Source: Patescibacteria group bacterium (GTDB lineage Bacteria; Patescibacteriota; WWE3; UBA101185; UBA10185). From it: a stretch of 64,000 nucleotides of DNA. The stretch lies in NCBI GenBank assembly GCA_016926555.1, contig JAFGOI010000013.1, positions 44,802 through 108,801 on the forward strand, read 5' to 3'. How positions within the stretch are numbered: the first letter of the stretch is position 1; every line of letters begins with the position of its first letter. The notes beneath the pieces were generated by a model. The model worked only from the letters and a program-made list of their open reading frames with translations. It did no database searches and was not told the origin of the DNA. A program made the position numbers and the translations under genes. Shown piece after piece: positions 17,678 to 26,331 of the stretch.

Positions 17678-18709
17678 TTAAACAATATCAATAATACCTA
17701 AAGATGAATCTGCGTCTATTTCCGAAAGATTTCTAGGATGATTATTAAAATACGCCGCGCTAGCAATGTATACAGCATTATCCGTACATAGATGTAATGG
17801 CGGAATATGAGTTTTTACACCTATATTGGCCGCTTCATTTTTTATTCTTGTGCGTAATTGCAAATTAGCAGACACACCTCCTCCCAGCAACAACGATTTA
17901 ACTTTATATTCTTTAGCAGCCTTTATACTTTTTGATACTAATACATCTACAACAGCATTCTCAAACTCACACGCAATAACATCAGGGGGATAAATATCCT
18001 TTTCAATAAGTCTTTTTACTGCTGTTTTTAAACCTGAAAACGAAAGGTCGTATTTATCACTATCCAGCAACGGCCTTGGTAATACACCTATCGCCTTATT
18101 ATCTTTACATGTAGATGCTAATCTAGATAGTTCAGGACCGCCCAAATACTTAGATAGACCGAGTAAACGAGCTGTTTTATCAAAAGCTTCGCCAACTGCA
18201 TCATCAAGAGTTCCTCCCAAATAAATTAAATCGCCATGCCCTCCCATCAAAACCAAATCTGTATGACCTCCACTTACGACAAGAGCAAGTGAGGGAAATT
18301 CCGGCAAATCTTCCGCATCGACCCAATTAGCATAAATATGTCCGACAAGATGATTTACGGGAATCAAAGATTTTTCCCACGCTAATGAAAGGGCCTTTGC
18401 CGCTTCAACCCCTACCAATAAAGAACCTATTAAACCCGGTCCAACAGTAACTGCAAGCATATCTATATTTTCCCTAGCATAATCAATAGAGGTGTTAGTA
18501 TCAGCTTTATCTGAAAATTTTTTCACGATATTATCCAATACAGGAATGATGAACTCTACTTGCTTTCTAGCAGCAACCTCCGGAACTATCCCCCCCGTTT
18601 CCTCATGAAACTCCCTAGAAGAAGCAACAACACTGCATACCTCTTTTACACCATCTTCTACTATCGCTGCCGCTGTTTCATCACAAGATGTTTCTAAAGC
18701 TAATATTTT
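17678..18709 (-). CDS. tsaD: tRNA N6-adenosine threonylcarbamoyltransferase TsaD (Kae1/YgjD family)
   Basis: N-terminal MKILALETSCDETAAAIV and HLxGH motifs, with the typical TsaD length. The start is taken at the MKILALE methionine. Confidence 0.85.
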   Translation of the reverse strand, partial: KILALETSCDETAAAIVEDGVKEVCSVVASSREFHEETGGIVPEVAARKQVEFIIPVLDNIVKKFSDKADTNTSIDYARENIDMLAVTVGPGLIGSLLVGVEAAKALSLAWEKSLIPVNHLVGHIYANWVDAEDLPEFPSLALVVSGGHTDLVLMGGHGDLIYLGGTLDDAVGEAFDKTARLLGLSKYLGGPELSRLASTCKDNKAIGVLPRPLLDSDKYDLSFSGLKTAVKRLIEKDIYPPDVIACEFENAVVDVLVSKSIKAAKEYKVKSLLLGGGVSANLQLRTRIKNEAANIGVKTHIPPLHLCTDNAVYIASAAYFNNHPRNLSEIDADSSLGIIDIV

Positions 18710-18758
18710 CATAACATCAACTAACAAATTATATTACTTAAAAAGGAATTATTGCTTA

Positions 18759-20087
18759 CTACTGAGATTTTAATATTTTATCCTTTGCTGCGGTTAAAGC
18801 GTCTAACGGAGAAACGCCCTGATGTAACACAGCATCCACTGCCTCCTTCATCGCCGTTACTTGATCCTTATTCCCAGCTCGAGCCGCAATAGAACCTGAC
18901 CTGGCTATTAGCGCATCCTTTACATAAGGCTCCAAAAAGTGCCCGGGGGCTATCTGATCGGCTAGACCAACTTTACTATATACAGGTCCGAATTCACGAT
19001 ACTTCGCAGCAGCATTATAATAGACCAGCTGAGTTTCTTCCTCAGTTAGATACTTTATAAATTCCCATGCCTGTTGCTGGTATTGACTTCCCACCGGAAC
19101 GGCTGCCATCCAATATGTAGCCCAACTAGTATATTTATCACTATCTTTCTCAGTCAATGCCTGAGGTACTTTCGCTACTCCAATATCAAGATCCGGCCTC
19201 TCCTTTAATATATCCAAAACAATCCATGATGGAGCAAATATCATAGATACCTTTTCCTGAGCAAATGCTGTAGCAGATTCAGGCATATTTTCAGACCACA
19301 CTTCGTCCTCCAAAACAAAGTTTACATAAAACTGCAGGGCGTCTGCTGCATATTTCGAATCCAAATCCTCCGGAACATCCGTTAGTGCTTGAACAAACAT
19401 CAAACCTAAGATATCTGAAAAGAAATCGATATTAGAAGCGCATCCTAAAGCCGCACCAGCTCTAATAAGTTCTCTATCTCTGCCCTCGGAAAAAACGGTA
19501 AGCTGCATAGCTAACTTTCTAAATTCCTCCCAAGCAGTAGGAGGATACATCTGGTCAATTTCGTTGAAATGCGCTTTGTTATAAATAAGGGCTAACCCGT
19601 CATAATACATCGGAACCGCATATACTTCACCATTATATACACCGCTTTCGCTAGCCGTGGGATACATATTTTCCGCCACAAAAGTGCTGTCTATATTTTT
19701 AGACGGAACCAAAACATTTCTAAGTCTGGGTACCCACGAATTATGAACTAATACTATATCAAAAGAACCCTCTTGCGATGCTCGTGTAAACACAGCTTCT
19801 TTGTAATCATTTACATTAACTATAGTTCTATCATCAAAGTTAATAGTAATATTTGGATGATCTTGCTTATACTGAGTTATAAGCTCTTCCATTACCTCAG
19901 GTTTCTCCCACAAACTCCAAAAATTTAATGTGACGGGTTCTTCTGTATTACCGCCTCCATCTCCTCCGCCAAAGAATTTCCCAATCAGCGGCAAATCCCG
20001 AAGTGAACAGGCAGTAACAAAAAAAGGTATTATTAACAAAAGGGCAAGTGCAGCCTTCTTACTACGCATCCCTTGTATTATAGGCAT
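18759..20087 (-). CDS. ABC transporter substrate-binding lipoprotein (family 1 solute-binding, probably carbohydrate)
   Basis: Signal peptide with a lipobox-like VTAC, a Gly-rich linker, and a roughly 400-aa periplasmic binding-protein fold. The likely true start is the MRSKK methionine at 20069. Confidence 0.6.
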   Translation of the reverse strand: MPIIQGMRSKKAALALLLIIPFFVTACSLRDLPLIGKFFGGGDGGGNTEEPVTLNFWSLWEKPEVMEELITQYKQDHPNITINFDDRTIVNVNDYKEAVFTRASQEGSFDIVLVHNSWVPRLRNVLVPSKNIDSTFVAENMYPTASESGVYNGEVYAVPMYYDGLALIYNKAHFNEIDQMYPPTAWEEFRKLAMQLTVFSEGRDRELIRAGAALGCASNIDFFSDILGLMFVQALTDVPEDLDSKYAADALQFYVNFVLEDEVWSENMPESATAFAQEKVSMIFAPSWIVLDILKERPDLDIGVAKVPQALTEKDSDKYTSWATYWMAAVPVGSQYQQQAWEFIKYLTEEETQLVYYNAAAKYREFGPVYSKVGLADQIAPGHFLEPYVKDALIARSGSIAARAGNKDQVTAMKEAVDAVLHQGVSPLDALTAAKDKILKSQ

Positions 20088-21399
20088 AAAAAGGATTGTG
20101 TATCAAGGACAAGCCAAGTGTAATCCAGAACAATAAATGGGTTTGATGCATCGTAATTAAGTAGTGATCAAAACACCCTATAAACACCAACGTAAAAAGT
20201 GGGACTAAAAATAAGGTGTTATTACGTAGACACGCTTTTAATGTTAGATAAATTAGACATAAAAACAGCCCTGCTGAAAACACACCCGCTTCCGAAAGAA
20301 TGAGAACAAATATATTATGCACCGGTTGAATAAACCTCACAGATGTATATATCACCTTGTTATCTTCAATAACCGACGTAGATGTTCCATAACCCAGCCC
20401 AAAAAGAGCATTATCCTTAATTATTCTGTAGTTAGAAACAAGCAAATCAGCCCTTCTATAAAAAGAGGAATATTTTGATAAAAGCGCACTTTTTCGAAAA
20501 ACAGGAAGGCTTAATGAAAATATCAGTGTAACAACAATCAGCAAATAAACAAGGCCAACAAACTTTTTGCCTTTTGACATAAACAACAAAAATAAACTCA
20601 AAATAAAACAGACATAAGACACAATGCTGAGGGTTATTAGTAGATTAACCAGAGCCAACAATAGAACCAGGTAATATAGGCCGGTATATTTGTTTTTATA
20701 CAAAGATAGCTTAAATATTAATTTGCTCTTCTTATTTGAAAACTCCACCTCCAAAACAAGAAACATTAAGAACCATACGATAAAAATAGTTAAATATCCC
20801 GAAAATGTATTCGGATGTCTAAACAGCCCATATGGCGGAATAAATTCACTGCCGAAAAAATACTCACTCGTGATTCCTCTAGTCTGTTTGTTGTAAGGTT
20901 GCTCGCCAAAATATAAATAATTGTTAAACACTGATCCCTGTTTAATTAACTGCATAACCCCTAAAACACTTAGCAAAAAAATCGAAACAAAAGATACACA
21001 CACTATATTTTTTATGAACTTTTTTGTACTGACTTCATATCTCACATAAAAAGTAATCAAGCTATATAAAAAGGTCCTCAAAAAAAATGTGACGGAGGCC
21101 ATTTTCCTTTCGGAATTTATAATTGAAAAGATCAACGAAAACAGAAACAAAAAAAGTACCTGACCATACTTATCAAAAAATATACTTCGAAAAGAATCTT
21201 TATCTTTCACAAGTTCCAAAAACCAGAAAAACAGGAGTAATACAACAAGTAAGTCCTGCACGTATATAACAGGGATTAAATAATCAACAGTTAACCCATA
21301 TACATAAGAATCCTTGACAACATAATGCTTACCTATATTAAGAGGCAAAAAAAACACGAGTACTAAAAAGATGTATTGAGATATTTTCTTGTGACTCAT
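20062..21399 (-). CDS. polytopic membrane protein, O-antigen ligase/polymerase (Wzy_C)-like
   Basis: 445-aa ORF with 10 or more TM helices and a large loop near the C-terminal third. It overlaps gatD upstream by 4 nt. Confidence 0.45.
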   Translation of the reverse strand: MSHKKISQYIFLVLVFFLPLNIGKHYVVKDSYVYGLTVDYLIPVIYVQDLLVVLLLFFWFLELVKDKDSFRSIFFDKYGQVLFLFLFSLIFSIINSERKMASVTFFLRTFLYSLITFYVRYEVSTKKFIKNIVCVSFVSIFLLSVLGVMQLIKQGSVFNNYLYFGEQPYNKQTRGITSEYFFGSEFIPPYGLFRHPNTFSGYLTIFIVWFLMFLVLEVEFSNKKSKLIFKLSLYKNKYTGLYYLVLLLALVNLLITLSIVSYVCFILSLFLLFMSKGKKFVGLVYLLIVVTLIFSLSLPVFRKSALLSKYSSFYRRADLLVSNYRIIKDNALFGLGYGTSTSVIEDNKVIYTSVRFIQPVHNIFVLILSEAGVFSAGLFLCLIYLTLKACLRNNTLFLVPLFTLVFIGCFDHYLITMHQTHLLFWITLGLSLIHNPFYAYNTRDA

Positions 21400-22166
21400 T
21401 TATACTTAAATGAGGCAGTGTAAGCAGGAATCACTAACGAATTATCTATAGAAGGCAGACTGTCCATTCCTAAACTTTTAGATATTAAGTAATCAGCTAT
21501 ATGCGCATTCCTTGATAAAAGGGGACCGTGGAAATACGTTCCCAATGTATTCTTAAATAAGATTCCCTCAGTATCATCTTCCCCATTATTACCATAACCT
21601 CTTTCAACATACGCAAGAGGGGCCATGTCATCAGCTAAATAGCTTCTCCCTCCGTGATTACAAAAACCTACAATTTTACCGCCTAGAAAATTAACCTCAG
21701 AAAAGACAGGATCACTAAGAAAATCGCTATTCAAGCGAGCTACAACATTACCAACACACCTTGCTTTTCTACCCCCAAAGTGTTGCGTGTACATATCATA
21801 AATACCCAGTCCTTCTATAAATGTACCGTCATCCGCTTTATAATAGTGCCCTAATAATTGATAAGCTCCACAAATAAACAAACCAACACCTCCCTTTTGA
21901 ATATACTCATTAAGATAATCTCCTTTATTTTTTAACAAATCCTTATATACCTCTTTCTGGCCTGAATCAGGGCCGCCCCCCATGAAAACAATGTCCAGAG
22001 CAGACATAGCTTTCGAATTTATTTTCAAATCAGTATCAATATGTACAATGTCAACATATATATTTCTTCTCAGGGCGCGCATTGTTAATATTTCAACATT
22101 TCCGTTATCTCCATATAAATTGAGCTGATCCTTATAAAAATAGCCAATAGTTAATTTTGTGGTCAT
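21396..22166 (-). CDS. gatD: lipid II isoglutaminyl synthase, glutamine amidotransferase subunit GatD
   Basis: LNLYGDNGN, ICGAYQLLG (catalytic Cys), NHGGRSY and GYGNNGEDDTEGILFKNTLGTYFHGPLL match Staphylococcus GatD segments almost residue for residue. It overlaps murT by 4 nt. Confidence 0.85.
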   Translation of the reverse strand: MTTKLTIGYFYKDQLNLYGDNGNVEILTMRALRRNIYVDIVHIDTDLKINSKAMSALDIVFMGGGPDSGQKEVYKDLLKNKGDYLNEYIQKGGVGLFICGAYQLLGHYYKADDGTFIEGLGIYDMYTQHFGGRKARCVGNVVARLNSDFLSDPVFSEVNFLGGKIVGFCNHGGRSYLADDMAPLAYVERGYGNNGEDDTEGILFKNTLGTYFHGPLLSRNAHIADYLISKSLGMDSLPSIDNSLVIPAYTASFKYK

Positions 22167-23332
22167 AATATAGACCTCCCAACTAACAACTTACGCAGCT
22201 CAAGCATAGATGAATAATTGGGATAACACACAATTGTTTTATCTTTCATACACTTATTTATCTTTTTCAAGCTCTCTTTTATACTCCTGTTTATATTATC
22301 TTTACCAAGAGTTACACCTGCATAATCCAACCTTAGCGCCATTTCAAGATAACGCGTACCACTTACATAAATATCTTTAGAATGACAAACTTTTTTTAGC
22401 AAAACAGGGTCAATATCATATATCCAAGAAACATCTTTTCCGTCAGGGATATTATCGTTTAGTATAAACAATAGAGAGTCTATATGGATTTTTTGAGACA
22501 TAAACATTTTTAAGTTATTGTTGAAACTAGCGGGATTTTTAGCCAGATATATTTTATATATATTCTGAGCATAATTTATTTCCTCCCCTCGACCATAGGC
22601 TAATTTAAAATCGGAAAGTGCAGAGATACTCACTTCTTCCGAAATACCCATTAATTCAACTGCAATTAAAGCCGCATTTAAATTTTTCGCATTAAACTCA
22701 CCTGATAAAGAAGTCTTATCTAGAGCAGTGTAAGAAGAGTCAAAACCATAAGTATCCAGCGTATCATCCACAAAAAAAGGCTTAAAATATTCCTGGGATT
22801 TATCCAACACTATTTTGGTAGGGAAACTAAACTTTTTTAATCCAGCCTTCCATTTATTTAAAACTATATCTGGTTCAAAATATCTATCTAATTGATCTCG
22901 GGACACATTCATTAACAAAGCAGTAACATCAAGTGAAGAAGTTCTATGTTTGCCAAGTAAATCCAGAAAATAGGGAAAAAACAACTCGTCCACTTCCAAT
23001 ACAGCAACATCTCTGTTTAACCTACCAAGTATATTTGTACCTAAAAGTAAAGATGATATGATGCCATTAAGAAGATTCGCACCGCTTTTATTGCTAATTA
23101 CTCTGTAATTATTATTCTGTAAGATATGACTGATTATTTTTGTAGTTGTAGTTTTACCATTAGTACCAGTAACAAGTATGAGTTTACTCGGTAACATGCA
23201 GCAAATTTTTTTAACTATTTTGGGATATATTTTTAGTGCAATATATCCTGGATATGTGTACCCCGCACCTTTGTTTATGATTTTGGAGATTCTGCTGATC
23301 AATTTTGAAATGTAAGTTGTTATAAGATACAT
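22163..23332 (-). CDS. murT: lipid II isoglutaminyl synthase, Mur-ligase-like subunit MurT
   Basis: P-loop LVTGTNGKTTTTKIISHIL of the Mur ligase central domain, a DUF1727-like C-terminus, and the conserved murT-gatD order. Confidence 0.8.
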   Translation of the reverse strand: MYLITTYISKLISRISKIINKGAGYTYPGYIALKIYPKIVKKICCMLPSKLILVTGTNGKTTTTKIISHILQNNNYRVISNKSGANLLNGIISSLLLGTNILGRLNRDVAVLEVDELFFPYFLDLLGKHRTSSLDVTALLMNVSRDQLDRYFEPDIVLNKWKAGLKKFSFPTKIVLDKSQEYFKPFFVDDTLDTYGFDSSYTALDKTSLSGEFNAKNLNAALIAVELMGISEEVSISALSDFKLAYGRGEEINYAQNIYKIYLAKNPASFNNNLKMFMSQKIHIDSLLFILNDNIPDGKDVSWIYDIDPVLLKKVCHSKDIYVSGTRYLEMALRLDYAGVTLGKDNINRSIKESLKKINKCMKDKTIVCYPNYSSMLELRKLLVGRSIL

Positions 23333-23340
23333 ATATCCCC

Positions 23341-23621
23341 AGAGTTATAAAATTTATTATATATATAATACGTAGTAGTTGTAGTAGATGTTGTGTATTT
23401 GTGGAATAGACTTTCTTTGGTTGTGGTATCTGTCAAATTAAATGTATCTGTGCGTGGATAAGTTTCTTTTACTGTACCCGCAGCGTTATTTTTAACTCCA
23501 CATACATAAAAAGGGTTATTTATATACAGAGTTTTTGTTGATAAGATATGAATGTATGTGGGTATCCTTGTGGATAAATCAACTAGTTTATCCACAAACC
23601 TCATAGTTTTGTACTTATTTA
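23341..23621. other. putative chromosomal origin (oriC): AT-rich unwinding region plus DnaA-box cluster
   Basis: Perfect TTATCCACA or TGTGGATAA 9-mers at about 23569-23577, 23588-23596 and 23609-23617. 8/9 matches at about 23453-23461 and 23536-23544. AT-rich (TA)n-containing stretch at 23341-23400. Lies immediately downstream of dnaA. Confidence 0.55.
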
Positions 23622-23649
23622 TCCACATTTTTCCAAAGTTTTTCACAAA

Positions 23650-25050
23650 TTATTCCTCGAATATCATTTGCTTTATGTTAACTATATCTTGCCTTAGTTT
23701 CCCCATTTTTGTAAGTTCTTCCCCTATTTTATCCACACCGTGCATAATTGTTGTGTGATCCCTACCTCCTAAAAATTCTCCGATGGTCATAAACGGTGTG
23801 TCTGTAATATCTTTAATAAGATACATGGCTACTTGTCTGGGGATAACTATTTCTTTTGTTCGTCTTTTCCCTTTTAAATCGGTTGATTTAACAGAGTAAT
23901 AAGTACACACATATTTTAATATTTGGTTCATATTTACAGGTATTGAAGATCTTTCTTTAATCGTGTGCCCGAGTATGTTTGCAGCGTTATCAACAGTGAA
24001 ATCCAACCCGGATGATCGAATGCTTGTTAATACCTGCATGTAAGCTCCTTCTAACTCTCTAATGTTTGTAACCACTTTTTCTGCAATAAAATCAATGACA
24101 TCATTTGGGATAGTGTCTTGGTTTTTGTCTCTTAAATTCCTTAAAATAGCTATTCTCATCTCTAAGTCAGGAGGTTGTATGTCTGCAATTATTCCTGAAG
24201 CAAAGCGTGAAGTAATTCTATCTTCAAGTTTAGTAAATTCTTTAGGTGGTCTATCTGAAGTTATTACTATCTGTTTTTGAGCCATGTAGAGTGTGTTAAA
24301 TGTGTGGAAGAATTCCTCTTGAGTAGTCTCCCTACCTATTACAAATTGGATGTCGTCAATTAGTAGGACATCCGCCTTGCGAAACTTATTTCTAAATTCG
24401 TTAGAAGCGTATTTTCCTCTTCTTCCACTTTGAATTGATTCAATTAACTCATTTGTGAATTGTTCCCCTGTTGTATAAATAACTTTCATGCCAGGTTTAG
24501 ATTGAATAATTCTGTTTCCAATTGCTTGCAGTAGATGTGTTTTTCCTAGTCCCACGCCGGAGTACATAAATACAGGATTGTATTGTTCCCCCGGTCTTTC
24601 TGCTACAGCTATGGCTATTGCATAAGCAAGGTTGTTGTTTCTTCCTGTAACGAAAGTTTCGAACGTAAATTTTGGTGTTAAATTTGATCTTTGCTGTTTT
24701 TCCCTAAAAAGATTTTCCTGGTCCTGCTTTTGTGTAAATAAGGGACCTAGTACAGTATCTTCTTCCATGCCTTCTTCTTCGTATTGTTGCGTTGTTTTGA
24801 ATACTTTGGATGTTAGCTTGCTTTTAGTGTCTGTAGTTTTGTCTATTACCATTTTTATGTTGTCTATGTATTTTGAGTCTATATTCCTTTTAGTAAATGT
24901 GTCTTCACAAATGATCTCATATTTATTGTCAGATATTTTATTAAGAGTTGCCTTGTTGCTTAAAGATCTAAATATAGGTGATTTTATTTCTATTTCACCT
25001 ATAATTGCTTTCCACAATGTAGTTGTATCTACTTGAGTTTTCTTAGACAT
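23650..25050 (-). CDS. dnaA: chromosomal replication initiator DnaA
   Basis: AAA+ Walker A GVGLGKTHLLQAIGN, a C-terminal DNA-binding domain, and a probable start at MSKKTQVDTTTLWKAI. A perfect DnaA box TTATCCACA lies upstream at 25119-25127. Confidence 0.9.
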   Translation of the reverse strand: MSKKTQVDTTTLWKAIIGEIEIKSPIFRSLSNKATLNKISDNKYEIICEDTFTKRNIDSKYIDNIKMVIDKTTDTKSKLTSKVFKTTQQYEEEGMEEDTVLGPLFTQKQDQENLFREKQQRSNLTPKFTFETFVTGRNNNLAYAIAIAVAERPGEQYNPVFMYSGVGLGKTHLLQAIGNRIIQSKPGMKVIYTTGEQFTNELIESIQSGRRGKYASNEFRNKFRKADVLLIDDIQFVIGRETTQEEFFHTFNTLYMAQKQIVITSDRPPKEFTKLEDRITSRFASGIIADIQPPDLEMRIAILRNLRDKNQDTIPNDVIDFIAEKVVTNIRELEGAYMQVLTSIRSSGLDFTVDNAANILGHTIKERSSIPVNMNQILKYVCTYYSVKSTDLKGKRRTKEIVIPRQVAMYLIKDITDTPFMTIGEFLGGRDHTTIMHGVDKIGEELTKMGKLRQDIVNIKQMIFEE

Positions 25051-25154
25051 ACTTATTTGTTGGTATAATAACATTTCGTGGACAGATTACGGGGCAGTAG
25101 ATATAAATTTAGCATGAGTTATCCACAATGATAAAGCAACGTGTGTTGGTTTAA

Positions 25155-25901
25155 CTAATCTTTTTTGTTGATTTTTTCACCTATATTCTCTAAAGCTGCA
25201 TCCCAAGCTTCTTTATATGTGGTGTCAAGTTCATCCGCTAAACTTGAAAAGTCTGGAGCTGCAAAAACTATATTACCAGGATAATCCTTAAGACTTCTGT
25301 TACTGTCTTTAATAAGCACTATATCCATTTTGGCTTCCGCGGCCGCGGTAACTCCGACGACCGAGTCTTCGAATACTACTATTTCTTTTGGTTTTATAGC
25401 ACCCAGATCTTTTGCAACTTTTATGTACATTTCCGGATTTGGTTTTTTATGCTGAACATCATCTCCGAACATTTTTGCGTCTAGACTGGACACGAAACCT
25501 ATTTTGTTTAAGACTTGTTCTGCGACATATCTGGGTGTATTTGTGACCAATCCTAGTTTTAACTTCATATCCTCTTTTAATTTTGCAGCGAGTGACCAGA
25601 AGCCCTCTCTTGGTTCTAGTTCTATAGTTTGAAGTATGTTTACGAAGGATCTGTTTGTTGCTTCTGCGAGTCCTTCGGCGGTTAAATCTTTATCTACGTC
25701 ATATTTGTTAAGAAAATTTTCCCATGTTTTTGTCAAACTAACACCCACCTCGCAGTAGTCTGTTGGTTCTACATATGTGTTCATTTTGAGATTTTCCAAT
25801 ACTAGTCTATGAGCACGCAGCCATATAGGATGCGAATCGACAATAGTGCCGTCAAGATCAAAACACACTGCTTTACGATTTAAAAAAATGTCTTTATACA
25901 T
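25155..25901 (-). CDS. HAD-superfamily hydrolase (subfamily IA, phosphatase/beta-phosphoglucomutase-like)
   Basis: HAD motif I VCFDLDGTIVDS, Lys and Asp motifs in the C-terminal half, and a cap domain. Confidence 0.65.
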   Translation of the reverse strand: MYKDIFLNRKAVCFDLDGTIVDSHPIWLRAHRLVLENLKMNTYVEPTDYCEVGVSLTKTWENFLNKYDVDKDLTAEGLAEATNRSFVNILQTIELEPREGFWSLAAKLKEDMKLKLGLVTNTPRYVAEQVLNKIGFVSSLDAKMFGDDVQHKKPNPEMYIKVAKDLGAIKPKEIVVFEDSVVGVTAAAEAKMDIVLIKDSNRSLKDYPGNIVFAAPDFSSLADELDTTYKEAWDAALENIGEKINKKD

Positions 25902-25902
25902 A

Positions 25903-26331
25903 TTATTTTTCTAAACTTTTAAAGTATCTCCTTAATATTATACCAGCAGCTAGATGGTCTTTGTGTTGCCCTCTTTTTTGGGATATTTCCAGCTCAATAG
26001 AGGCTTCAAGTGCCTCTCTTGAGGAGTCTAGTTCTTCCTGGAATTCCACTGGTTTTTTTGATATCGCTTTTAACAAATTGGCGAACTTTCTAACTTTCTT
26101 GGCCTGATTGGTATCTTTTCCGTCATGTGTTACAGGGAGTCCCAGTACATATAGATCTACCTTATTCTGCATACCGATTCTTGTTATTTCTTGTGCGGCA
26201 AATATGGAATTTTTTCCCGGGATAATATTTAGAGGTTGAACTAACTCGTTTCTTCCGAGTGCAATACCTATATTAGTTTCTCCGTAGTCTATTCCTATAT
26301 AAGTTTTTGCTGATGTGTTTCTTTTATTCAT
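25903..26331 (-). CDS. ruvX: YqgF/RuvX-like RNase H-fold nuclease
   Basis: 142-aa ORF with YIGIDYGETNIGIALG at the N-terminus (RuvX LGxDxGxKxIGVAxS pattern). Confidence 0.55.
   Translation of the reverse strand: MNKRNTSAKTYIGIDYGETNIGIALGRNELVQPLNIIPGKNSIFAAQEITRIGMQNKVDLYVLGLPVTHDGKDTNQAKKVRKFANLLKAISKKPVEFQEELDSSREALEASIELEISQKRGQHKDHLAAGIILRRYFKSLEK

Noticed and set aside
23320-23758. ORFs 23320..23646 (minus, 108 aa) and 23552..23758 (plus, 68 aa)
   Set aside because: They span the DnaA-box cluster and AT-rich tract interpreted as oriC, and their products are low-complexity (T/Y/N-rich). The first overlaps the murT start and the second overlaps the dnaA 3' end.
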